Source: an uncultured Rikenellaceae bacterium (lineage in GTDB: Bacteria; Bacteroidota; Bacteroidia; Bacteroidales; VadinHA17). From it: 64,000 nucleotides of DNA. The translations under genes and the position numbers were made by a program. The notes beneath the pieces were generated by a model that did no database searches, was not told where the DNA came from, and worked only from the letters and a program-made list of their open reading frames with translations. The DNA lies in the NCBI GenBank assembly GCA_964535035.1, contig CAZHRV010000144.1, positions 3,974 to 67,973 on the forward strand, given 5' to 3'. This document shows, one piece after another, positions 8,679-19,974 of the stretch; the stretch's first letter is position 1; every line of letters begins with the position of its first letter.

Positions 8679-10064
8679 ATGTTACCGGAAAAATTCATAC
8701 AGAGAATTAAAATACAGGGACTTACTGATGCAGACTCACTGATCAAAGCATTTGAAGAGCCTTCACCGGTAAGTATTCGCGTCAATACATCAAAATGGAA
8801 CAGGATCCCTTTGAACAGAGAACCGGTACCCTGGTGCAGGGATGGATTCTATCTTGAAAAACGTCCTTCGTTTACCCTTGATCCGCTCTTTCATGCGGGA
8901 TGTTATTATCCGCAGGAAGCATCAGGGATGTTCCTGGAACAGGTTTATAAGCAAACTGTCGGAGAAAAAAGGAATATAAGAGTATTAGATCTCTGCGGAG
9001 CCCCGGGAGGGAAAAGCACACACCTGTCATCCCTGACTGGTGAAAACGGGATGCTGGTGGCAAATGAGGTAATAAGAGCAAGGGCAGCGGTTCTTACTGA
9101 AAACATAACAAAATGGGGTCTGTCGAATACGATAGTGACACAGAACGATTCGGCGGCATTCAAAAACCTGCCCGGATATTTTGACATGATACTTGTTGAT
9201 GCTCCCTGCTCGGGCGAAGGAATGTTCTGCAACAAAAAGGCTGTTGATGAATGGTCCGAAAAAAATGCTGCCCTATGCTCAGTAAGACAAAAAAGAATAC
9301 TCCTGGATGTATGGCCGGCCCTGAAAGAAAACGGAATACTCATCTACAGTACATGTACATTCAATCCTGATGAAAATGAAAAAAACATTAAATGGCTGAC
9401 AGATAACAGGAAAGCTGAATGCATCAGAATAGATATTTCAGATTACCCTGGGATAAGAGAAATTGATTATAAGGGTATTTATGGCTATGGCTTTTACCCG
9501 GGAAGCATCAGGGGAGAAGGACTCTTTATATCAGTGTTGAGGACAAGGGAGAACCATGGGAAGTCAAAAGCACGGGCCACATCTTCCCGCTTCACCAATA
9601 TCACAAGAGAAGAAGCAGAAATAGCCGAAAAATGGTCTTTGTTCCCTGCCGGCAGTCTTATAAAATCAGATGGTTCTGTTTATTCGTTACCTGTTACCCG
9701 TGAGGAATATCAGCGGCTGTCTGAGAACCTGTTAATTGTTAAGCCGGGAACACAGATATTAACCGTTAAAAAGAAAAATATCCTTCCTTCCCACGAACTT
9801 GCAATGTCAGTATACTTCAGAAATAGTGTATTTTCTACACTTAATCTCACACTTGAGCAGGCTTTGGATTATTTACGGAGGGAGAAAATTTCTGTACCTA
9901 ATACTCCCACAGGCTGGCTGGCGGCTTGCTATAACGGTATCAATCTGGGATTTGTCAATAATATAGGCAGCAGGCTAAATAATTATTACCCAGTTAAATG
10001 GCGAATCAGAATGAGAACACCTGAAAAGAATAATAAGATTGTGATACAATGGCATAACGATTAA
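8679..10064 (+). CDS. rRNA cytosine-C5 methyltransferase, RsmB/RsmF (NOL1/NOP2/Sun) family
   Basis: 461-aa ORF with the SAM-binding LDLCGAPGGKS motif and the catalytic Cys motifs DAPCSGEGM and YSTCTFNPDENE. Confidence 0.85.
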   Translation: MLPEKFIQRIKIQGLTDADSLIKAFEEPSPVSIRVNTSKWNRIPLNREPVPWCRDGFYLEKRPSFTLDPLFHAGCYYPQEASGMFLEQVYKQTVGEKRNIRVLDLCGAPGGKSTHLSSLTGENGMLVANEVIRARAAVLTENITKWGLSNTIVTQNDSAAFKNLPGYFDMILVDAPCSGEGMFCNKKAVDEWSEKNAALCSVRQKRILLDVWPALKENGILIYSTCTFNPDENEKNIKWLTDNRKAECIRIDISDYPGIREIDYKGIYGYGFYPGSIRGEGLFISVLRTRENHGKSKARATSSRFTNITREEAEIAEKWSLFPAGSLIKSDGSVYSLPVTREEYQRLSENLLIVKPGTQILTVKKKNILPSHELAMSVYFRNSVFSTLNLTLEQALDYLRREKISVPNTPTGWLAACYNGINLGFVNNIGSRLNNYYPVKWRIRMRTPEKNNKIVIQWHND

Positions 10065-10067
10065 ATA

Positions 10068-11204
10068 ATGGACCGTGAATTCCAGATATTTGTTAAACCT
10101 GCAGGTTCCGCATGCAACATCCGCTGCAGCTACTGTTATTATAAGAGCAAAGAAGATATTTACTCCGCTGGCGGATCCTTAATCATGTCTGATGAAGTTC
10201 TTGAAGAATACATAAAACAACACATCGAGGCAACAACCGACAAGCTGATAATGTTTTCATGGCATGGTGGTGAACCAACGATGGCAGGGATCGGCTTTTT
10301 TAAGAAAACAGTAGATCTTCAGAAGAAATATCTCCCTGCGGGCAAGAAGATAATAAACGGTATTCAGACAAACGGCACATTGCTCGATGATGAATTTTGC
10401 ATATTCATGGCTTCCGAGGGCTTTATTGCCGGAATAAGCATCGACGGTCCCGCTGAATTACACAATATACACCGGCTGGATGCCGGAAAAAAAGGTACAT
10501 TTGAAAGGGTAATGGAAGGTTATGAACATCTGAGAATGCACGGTGTGACAACGGAGATTCTCTGTGTGGTGGGCAGTCATAATGCGGATGATCCACTGAA
10601 GGTATATGATTTTTTTAAATCACTGGGAGCAGAGTACATTACCTTCCTCCCTCTCGTAAACCGGAAAGAGGATTCATTGACCGGTGTCACCCCTGATTCT
10701 GTACCTGCCCTTTCTTTCGGTAATTTCCTGATATCAGTCTTTGATGAATGGGTGGAAAAGGATATAGGACAGGTAAAGATCCAGTTATTTGATGAGCTAG
10801 CCAAAACGGCATTTAATCAGGAGCATACACTCTGTATTCTTAAAAAAACCTGCGGCGGGGTTCCGGTGGTTGAGTATAATGGTGATTTCTATTCATGCGA
10901 CCATTTCGTAAACGGGGAGCATTACCTGGGGAATATCAGTGATATATCGCTTTCTGAACTTCTTGACTCATCACGGCAGAAGTCTTTCGGAGAGACAAAA
11001 TTATTAACCCTTCCCCGGTACTGCAGGGAATGTGAAGTCAGGAACATGTGTAACGGCGAATGTCCTAAAAACAGGTTCATCAATACTCCCGACGGAGAAC
11101 CAGGACTCAATTATCTATGTGAGGGGTATAAAAAATTCTTCACCCATTGCCGGCCTTTCGTGGAAGCACTCAGATTGACATGGCTTACTTCAGCTTCTCC
11201 TTAA
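10068..11204 (+). CDS. Anaerobic sulfatase-maturating enzyme-like radical SAM protein (SPASM domain)
   Basis: 378-aa ORF with the radical SAM cluster motif CNIRCSYCYY. C-terminal Cys clusters (CGGVPVVEYNGDFYSCDHF, CRECEVRNMCNGECPKNR) are typical of SPASM/anSME proteins. Confidence 0.8.
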   Translation: MDREFQIFVKPAGSACNIRCSYCYYKSKEDIYSAGGSLIMSDEVLEEYIKQHIEATTDKLIMFSWHGGEPTMAGIGFFKKTVDLQKKYLPAGKKIINGIQTNGTLLDDEFCIFMASEGFIAGISIDGPAELHNIHRLDAGKKGTFERVMEGYEHLRMHGVTTEILCVVGSHNADDPLKVYDFFKSLGAEYITFLPLVNRKEDSLTGVTPDSVPALSFGNFLISVFDEWVEKDIGQVKIQLFDELAKTAFNQEHTLCILKKTCGGVPVVEYNGDFYSCDHFVNGEHYLGNISDISLSELLDSSRQKSFGETKLLTLPRYCRECEVRNMCNGECPKNRFINTPDGEPGLNYLCEGYKKFFTHCRPFVEALRLTWLTSASP

Positions 11205-12042
11205 AGAATTCTACAGTACGTTTCCATGCAAGTTTAGCCGCCTCTTCATTATAACGGTCAGGATTTGTGTCGTTATTAAAAGCATGGTCTGCACCAGGAT
11301 ATATGAATATCTGGTATTCTATTTTATTTTTTTTCAGTGCCTCCTCAAAAGCAGGAATACCCTCATTTATCCTATCATCATTCCCGGCATAATGAGCCAT
11401 TATCGGGGCTTTGATTTTTGCTACATCCTCAACAGATGGCTGTCTGCCATAATAAGGTACAGCTGCATCCAGATCGGGTGCATTCACAGCTACCTCGTTG
11501 GTTATTCCGCCTCCCCAGCAAAACCCTGTACAGCCGACCTTCCCGTTCGATTTGGGATGTGTTTTGAGATACTTAACTGCTGCCACGAAATTTTTTGTTG
11601 TTTCCTCGCTGTTGAGCTTACTGAACAGCTCACGCACATTGCTTATATCTTCAGGTGTGCCGCCTACAGGTGAAAGTGCATCAGGTGCAAGAGCCAGAAA
11701 TCCCTCCCTGGCCAATTGTCTTGTAACGTCCTGTATATGAGGGACTAAGCCCCTGTTTTCATGAATTACAATAACAGCAGGGAATTTACTGCCCTTCTCC
11801 GGACTGGCAAGATATGCCCTCATATCACCGGTTACACCGGTATAATTGATAAACCCTGCAGTGACAGATGGTTCCCGAGCTGATTTATCGGCTGCTTTAA
11901 CATGATTATCCTCCAGGACCGGAATTAATACCGTCGCGGTAGCTGTGCTTCCGGCTACAAGTGCAAGCTTCTTAAGGAATTGACGGCGGGATGACCGCCC
12001 CTCCCTGTACTCCTCGTATAATTCAGTGACTTTTTTTTCCAT
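11185..12042 (-). CDS. Dienelactone hydrolase-family esterase with a twin-arginine (Tat) signal
   Basis: ORF 11185..12072 (TTG start). ATG at 12042 gives MEKKV...SSRRQFLKKLALVAGS, a near-consensus Tat motif. DLH-type GFCWGG nucleophile elbow. The 3' end overlaps the convergent anSME gene by 20 nt. Confidence 0.8.
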   Translation of the reverse strand: MEKKVTELYEEYREGRSSRRQFLKKLALVAGSTATATVLIPVLEDNHVKAADKSAREPSVTAGFINYTGVTGDMRAYLASPEKGSKFPAVIVIHENRGLVPHIQDVTRQLAREGFLALAPDALSPVGGTPEDISNVRELFSKLNSEETTKNFVAAVKYLKTHPKSNGKVGCTGFCWGGGITNEVAVNAPDLDAAVPYYGRQPSVEDVAKIKAPIMAHYAGNDDRINEGIPAFEEALKKNKIEYQIFIYPGADHAFNNDTNPDRYNEEAAKLAWKRTVEFFKEKLK

Positions 12043-12187
12043 ATTTTTTATTTTTGTGGTAAAACTGTTCAATGTCTTGTATAAAATCCAATTTACAAAA
12101 AATCTATAAACTTCTTTATTATTAAAACTGAAATACTAGTTTCGTTGTTTGTTAGTTTAAGAGAATACAGCAAATAAATTTATATAC

Positions 12188-12285
12188 TGATGAAACCCAC
12201 ATGTATTTGCATACACAACCGAGCTTGCGAGCTCAGCGAAGCTAAACACAATATTATAATAATCAGCTACATGTGGGTTCCATCA
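12188..12285. repeat. 98-bp MITE-like / leader hairpin element with 18-bp terminal inverted repeats
   Basis: TGATGAAACCCACATGTA (12188-12205) pairs with TACATGTGGGTTCCATCA (12268-12285). That is 17 of 18 bp, including a perfect 12-bp core. TAC flanks both ends. The inner sequence contains a GAGCT/AGCTC mini-hairpin. Confidence 0.65.
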
Positions 12286-12308
12286 TACCATTAAAATCAA
12301 ATTATTAT

Positions 12309-13982
12309 ATGATGAAACAGGATATTGAAATTGCCCAGGAGGCAAAGATAAGACCTATTGTTGAGATAGCCGCAAAGCTAGGCATCCCGCAGGATGAACT
12401 GGAAACTTATGGCAGGTACAAAGCAAAGATACCTCTTCATTTTATTGATGAGGAAAAGGTTAAAAAGGCAAAACTGATTCTTGTGACGGCAATAACGCCT
12501 ACTCCTGCCGGGGAAGGGAAAACAACAACATCAATTGGTCTTGCACAGGCCCTGAACCGCCTTGGGCAAAAGACTACGGTTGTTTTACGCGAGCCGTCCC
12601 TGGGACCGGTATTCGGTATTAAAGGCGGTGCTGCTGGCGGTGGTTACTCACAGGTAATTCCCATGGAGGATATAAACCTTCATTTCACCGGTGATATGGC
12701 CGCTGTTGAAAAAGCTCATAATCTGTTAGCTGCTCTGATTGATAATAATATACAATTAAAAAACGGGAAGCTGGGGATCGATCCCAGAACAATAGAATGG
12801 AAGAGAGTTACGGACATGAATGAAAGATCGCTCAGAGATATTGTAATAGGTCTGGGCGGGACTAATGAAGGCATACCACGGCAGTCAGGATATAATATAA
12901 CGGCTGCATCAGAAGTGATGGCAACACTTTGTCTTGCCAGCGATCTTGTCGACCTTAAAGAGAGGCTTGGTAATATATTTATAGGTTATACATACGACGA
13001 CAAGCCGGTTTTTGCCCGCGACCTTAAAGCACAGGGTGCAATGGCTGCACTTCTTAAAGAAGCCATTATGCCTAACCTCGTACAGACACTTGAGGGTACT
13101 CCGGCTATTATACACGGTGGACCTTTTGCAAATATTGCCCAGGGAACAAACTCAATAATAGCAACCAAAATGGGACTCTCATTAAATGATTTTGTAGTTA
13201 CTGAAGCAGGGTTTGCAAGCGAACTTGGCGCCGAGAAATTTTTCGATATCAAATCACAGGTGGGTAATTTAACCACAAATGCGGTAGTTATCGTTGCAAC
13301 AGTAAGGGCCCTGAAATATCATGGTGGAGTTAAATGGTCAGAATTACAGAATGAAGACACAGAGGCACTTCAGAAAGGATTCGACAACCTCGACAAACAT
13401 ATCGAGAACATGAAATACTTTGGATTCAGCCCTATAGTAGCTATCAACAGGTTTGATTTTGATACCGGAGATGAACTTGATCTCCTCACAAAACACTGCA
13501 GGGCACAGAATGTGAAAGTGGCTGTGAATGAATCATGGGCAAAGGGGGGAGAGGGTGCTGTGGAACTGGCCGAACAGGTCCTTACGGCATCAGCTGATTT
13601 TCCTGACAGTTTTAAACCGCTCTATGAACGATCATGGTCGTTCGAGGAAAAGATAGATACTATTTGCCGGAAGATGTATGGTGCCGACCATGTTGAATAT
13701 ACGGTAAAAGCTAAAAACCAGCTGGAAAAAATCGAAAAACTGGGAATGGGTAACCTGGCAGTATGTATTGCCAAAACACAAAAATCACTTTCGGACGATC
13801 AGAACAAGAGGGGCCGTCCTCGCGGATTCACTATAAAGATAAGAGAAGTAGAACTTTCATCCGGTGCCGGCTTTATTGTCCCGATAGCAGGCTCCATAAT
13901 GAGAATGCCGGGGCTCCCAGGCAAACCTTCGGCAGAAAAAATAGATATTGACCAAACGGGTAAGATCACAGGACTCTTTTGA
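12309..13982 (+). CDS. fhs: Formate--tetrahydrofolate ligase
   Basis: ORF 12273..13982. The GTG at 12273 lies inside an inverted-repeat arm, so ATG 12309/12312 (MMKQDIEIAQ) is preferred. Contains the P-loop TPTPAGEGKTTT and the EPSLGPVFGIKGGAAGGGY motif. Confidence 0.95.
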   Translation: MMKQDIEIAQEAKIRPIVEIAAKLGIPQDELETYGRYKAKIPLHFIDEEKVKKAKLILVTAITPTPAGEGKTTTSIGLAQALNRLGQKTTVVLREPSLGPVFGIKGGAAGGGYSQVIPMEDINLHFTGDMAAVEKAHNLLAALIDNNIQLKNGKLGIDPRTIEWKRVTDMNERSLRDIVIGLGGTNEGIPRQSGYNITAASEVMATLCLASDLVDLKERLGNIFIGYTYDDKPVFARDLKAQGAMAALLKEAIMPNLVQTLEGTPAIIHGGPFANIAQGTNSIIATKMGLSLNDFVVTEAGFASELGAEKFFDIKSQVGNLTTNAVVIVATVRALKYHGGVKWSELQNEDTEALQKGFDNLDKHIENMKYFGFSPIVAINRFDFDTGDELDLLTKHCRAQNVKVAVNESWAKGGEGAVELAEQVLTASADFPDSFKPLYERSWSFEEKIDTICRKMYGADHVEYTVKAKNQLEKIEKLGMGNLAVCIAKTQKSLSDDQNKRGRPRGFTIKIREVELSSGAGFIVPIAGSIMRMPGLPGKPSAEKIDIDQTGKITGLF

Positions 13983-13992
13983 ATCATACTAA

Positions 13993-17259
<3,267 letters not shown>

Positions 17260-17494
17260 AAATCGCCGGCACACATTGTCGTATGAACAAAAAGGAACAG
17301 CGACAAACTCCATTTCCATAAACCGGGAATATGGAAGATCAGACAGACTGACCAGTACAAAACCGTCATTCCCGATCCTCTTCTCAGATAATCAAGAACA
17401 AAACCGGTGAAGTCATTGTATGCAACTGTAAGGATCTGTCTGTATTTTGACTGATCCTCAATATCTTCAACCTTTACAGTCATACATGGAGACT

Positions 17495-17520
17495 TTTCTC
17501 AAAATTAGTTTTTTGAGAAA
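17495..17520. terminator. Perfect 10-bp AT-rich hairpin between the convergent lacZ and TIR genes (possible bidirectional terminator)
   Basis: TTTCTCAAAA-ttagtt-TTTTGAGAAA. There is no clean U-tract after the stem on either strand, so the function is uncertain. Confidence 0.35.
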
Positions 17521-17568
17521 GCTATACAAAGAAAAAGGATTTACAAAATTGCCGATATCTTTAATTAA

Positions 17569-19758
17569 CTATTCGGGAATATTCAATTGGTTATACATGT
17601 CGATAAATCTTGGATCGCTCTGTAATGATTTCAGATTCGGATCACGTTTCATCCATGGTACAAAATCACCTTTACTCTTAAATGCTATTTCAAGACAATC
17701 AAGAGCTTTGTCTTTTTCTCCTAGTACTGCATATACCTGTGCAAGTCCGTAAGCATACCACCAGTAATCTCTGTATTTTTCCATCTGGTTAACTACTTCC
17801 ATCGCTTTGTCTTTCTGATCTGCACGAGCATATGCAATGGCAAGTCCATTCTCGTATCCGGGGCCAATCGAAAGGCCTTTAGTATGCATTTCTATCGCTT
17901 CGAAATGCATATTCATTTCAGTATATGCTGATCCGATCACATAATATGCAAGGGTACTGTCTGATTGCAGTTGCAATAGTTTTTGTGACTCTTTTATAGC
18001 CTCTTCATACCTTCCGATAAAAACTAATAACCAGGCAAGGTATCCCTGGCTTACCTGATCGATAGGATCAATTTCCAAAGCCTTTTTCATCTCATTTACT
18101 GCTTCATCGGGCTTATTAATCAGAAAAAGATACCATCCGTAAGTGTAATGTGCAGAAGGTATGTTCGGATTAATTTCCAATGCACGTTTTAATGACTTTT
18201 CTGCAGCAGGAAAGTCCCATCCGGTATATAGATATTTTTCAGCAAGTACAACATAAGCATCAGCAAGTGTTGAATCAAGGGAGAGGGCTTTAAGTGCATA
18301 ACTCTTTGATCTGGCGGCGGCATTTTCCGATACCGGTGAAGTATGTCCGGCAGTACTGTATCCTATAGCGAGACCCAAATAAGGCAGCGGATCTGCCGGG
18401 TCAATCTCAATTGCTTCATTGAAACATTTTACTCCCTTCTCAAAATCTTCTGGTGTTCTTTTATTCATATAATAAATTCCCCTGTCATAAAGCTTAAGGA
18501 TCTCGGGATCATGTTCCATCTCATCAGAAAGCTTCTTCTCATCCTGAGGTAATATAGTTATTTTAATTCCATCCATAATTTGATGTATTATCTCATTATA
18601 GATGTTGGTGATGTTTTCCCAGTTCTGATTAAATGTGGAACTCCAGATATATTTTTCATCCGGAAAGGCCTCAATCAGTCTTACTTCAATCTGAAGATTA
18701 TCTTCAGATCCCTTTATTGATGATTCGACAATATTATTAACACTTAGTTTTTTAGCAATTTGCTGGATCGGCTCCTCACTGTCTCTGAACTGTAAGGTAG
18801 ATGACCTGGGTCTGACAATCAGATTACTTATCTGGCCTAACTGGCCGCATAAAGCATCCTGAATTCCTGATGCAATATAATCGAGGTCGGAATTACCTGT
18901 AAAGTTCGACACAGGTAAAATAGCAATAGCCTTCTTTATTAACTCTCCTGACGATAATTCCGATTTAGTCTTTTGAAATAATTTTGGTATAAATATGATT
19001 AATACAACAATAACCAGCAATCCAAAAATTGCCGATGCAATGTATTTACCGGGAATCCGTTTCGGCGGGGCAAATGTTTCAGCAACCGATAAAGGTTTCC
19101 CTTCAATCTGTCCAGCCTGCATACTCGTCTGGTATGATTTTGTTGCTCTTTTTTTCTCATCAGGGTGAAGGCTGTATATTATATCCTTTACAGCATTGGC
19201 AACTTTATTAATCTGATCGCGATAAAATGTTTTATTGAGGTTCTTATCGGGATTGTCACCCGGTTTCAATGGTCTGTTAACACCGGCGCTTGAATAAATA
19301 AAATCAATGGAACGGAGCCGGCAGCCAAGTTCATTTTCAATCAGTTCGGTATCGGAAGCGTCAAGTTCATGGATCTTTACAGGAATAATTCTGCTGCACA
19401 CATTTCCGCTTGCCAGTTTTATATCCCTTCCAACAGGATCAGATGAAGCCATTTTATTGAATGCAACAAATTCATTTACCCAGGCAAAGCTGTTGGGATC
19501 GCAGTAGGTCTGCGAAATGATCGGAATAAGGATAACGGATTTTAACTTAGTCTCAAGACTTTTATCCACATTATGTATCTCAAGCAATCCATCATGAGGA
19601 TTTTCGTCAAAATAAATTGAAATATCCTCCTTGAAAGTTGCTTCTATTTCCCTTTTCAGGTGATCGATGAATTCTGTAACCCATCCATCATACTTATTAT
19701 CTTTCTGACGGTAGCTGATGAAAATATCATACTCATAACCAGGGATAATGCTATCCAT
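17569..19758 (-). CDS. Membrane-anchored TIR-domain protein: N-terminal TIR, one TM helix, TolB-N-like module, C-terminal TPR array
   Basis: ORF 17569..19788 (TTG). ATG 19758 gives MDSIIPGYEYDIFISYRQKD. TIR core blocks occur in order: DIFISYRQKD, ISIYFDENPHDG, SVILIPIISQTY, NSFAWVNEFVAF. TM segment is YIASAIFGLLVIVVLIIFIP. Next comes AILPVSNFTGNSDLDYIASGIQDAL...LQIEVRLIEA, then multiple TPR-like repeats (ALEIDP/ALEINP/ALSLDS). Confidence 0.8.
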   Translation of the reverse strand: MDSIIPGYEYDIFISYRQKDNKYDGWVTEFIDHLKREIEATFKEDISIYFDENPHDGLLEIHNVDKSLETKLKSVILIPIISQTYCDPNSFAWVNEFVAFNKMASSDPVGRDIKLASGNVCSRIIPVKIHELDASDTELIENELGCRLRSIDFIYSSAGVNRPLKPGDNPDKNLNKTFYRDQINKVANAVKDIIYSLHPDEKKRATKSYQTSMQAGQIEGKPLSVAETFAPPKRIPGKYIASAIFGLLVIVVLIIFIPKLFQKTKSELSSGELIKKAIAILPVSNFTGNSDLDYIASGIQDALCGQLGQISNLIVRPRSSTLQFRDSEEPIQQIAKKLSVNNIVESSIKGSEDNLQIEVRLIEAFPDEKYIWSSTFNQNWENITNIYNEIIHQIMDGIKITILPQDEKKLSDEMEHDPEILKLYDRGIYYMNKRTPEDFEKGVKCFNEAIEIDPADPLPYLGLAIGYSTAGHTSPVSENAAARSKSYALKALSLDSTLADAYVVLAEKYLYTGWDFPAAEKSLKRALEINPNIPSAHYTYGWYLFLINKPDEAVNEMKKALEIDPIDQVSQGYLAWLLVFIGRYEEAIKESQKLLQLQSDSTLAYYVIGSAYTEMNMHFEAIEMHTKGLSIGPGYENGLAIAYARADQKDKAMEVVNQMEKYRDYWWYAYGLAQVYAVLGEKDKALDCLEIAFKSKGDFVPWMKRDPNLKSLQSDPRFIDMYNQLNIPE

Positions 19759-19839
19759 AATACTCGAGTTTAATGAATAATATAACAAAATTACACAATA
19801 ATTTTGCTAAAGTCAATATTTAATCAAACGGTAAATCCT

Positions 19840-19929
19840 GCATCCCTGATAACTGAGTTATGAATATTGTAATTTTGATATACATCACATTTTTCTTCTG
19901 AATTTTTTTAGCTGGCAGGCATCCCTGAT
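19840..19929. promoter_or_regulatory. Exact 11-bp direct repeat GCATCCCTGAT (19840-19850 and 19919-19929) bracketing a TAATTTTG -7 box (19870-19877)
   Basis: Read directly from the 186-bp divergent intergenic region between the TIR gene and the DUF4294-like gene. Confidence 0.4.
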
Positions 19930-19974
19930 TAGTGATTTATGGTGCGATTTTAAAAATTATTATATGGTTATTAA

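Noticed and set aside
12073-12308. Possible ZTP (pfl) or THF riboswitch upstream of fhs
   Set aside because: I looked for the conserved ZTP cores (GGGTCGTGACTGGCG ... CCGCCTGGGCA) and THF-like elements and found nothing similar. The structure present is a simple long inverted repeat, reported separately.
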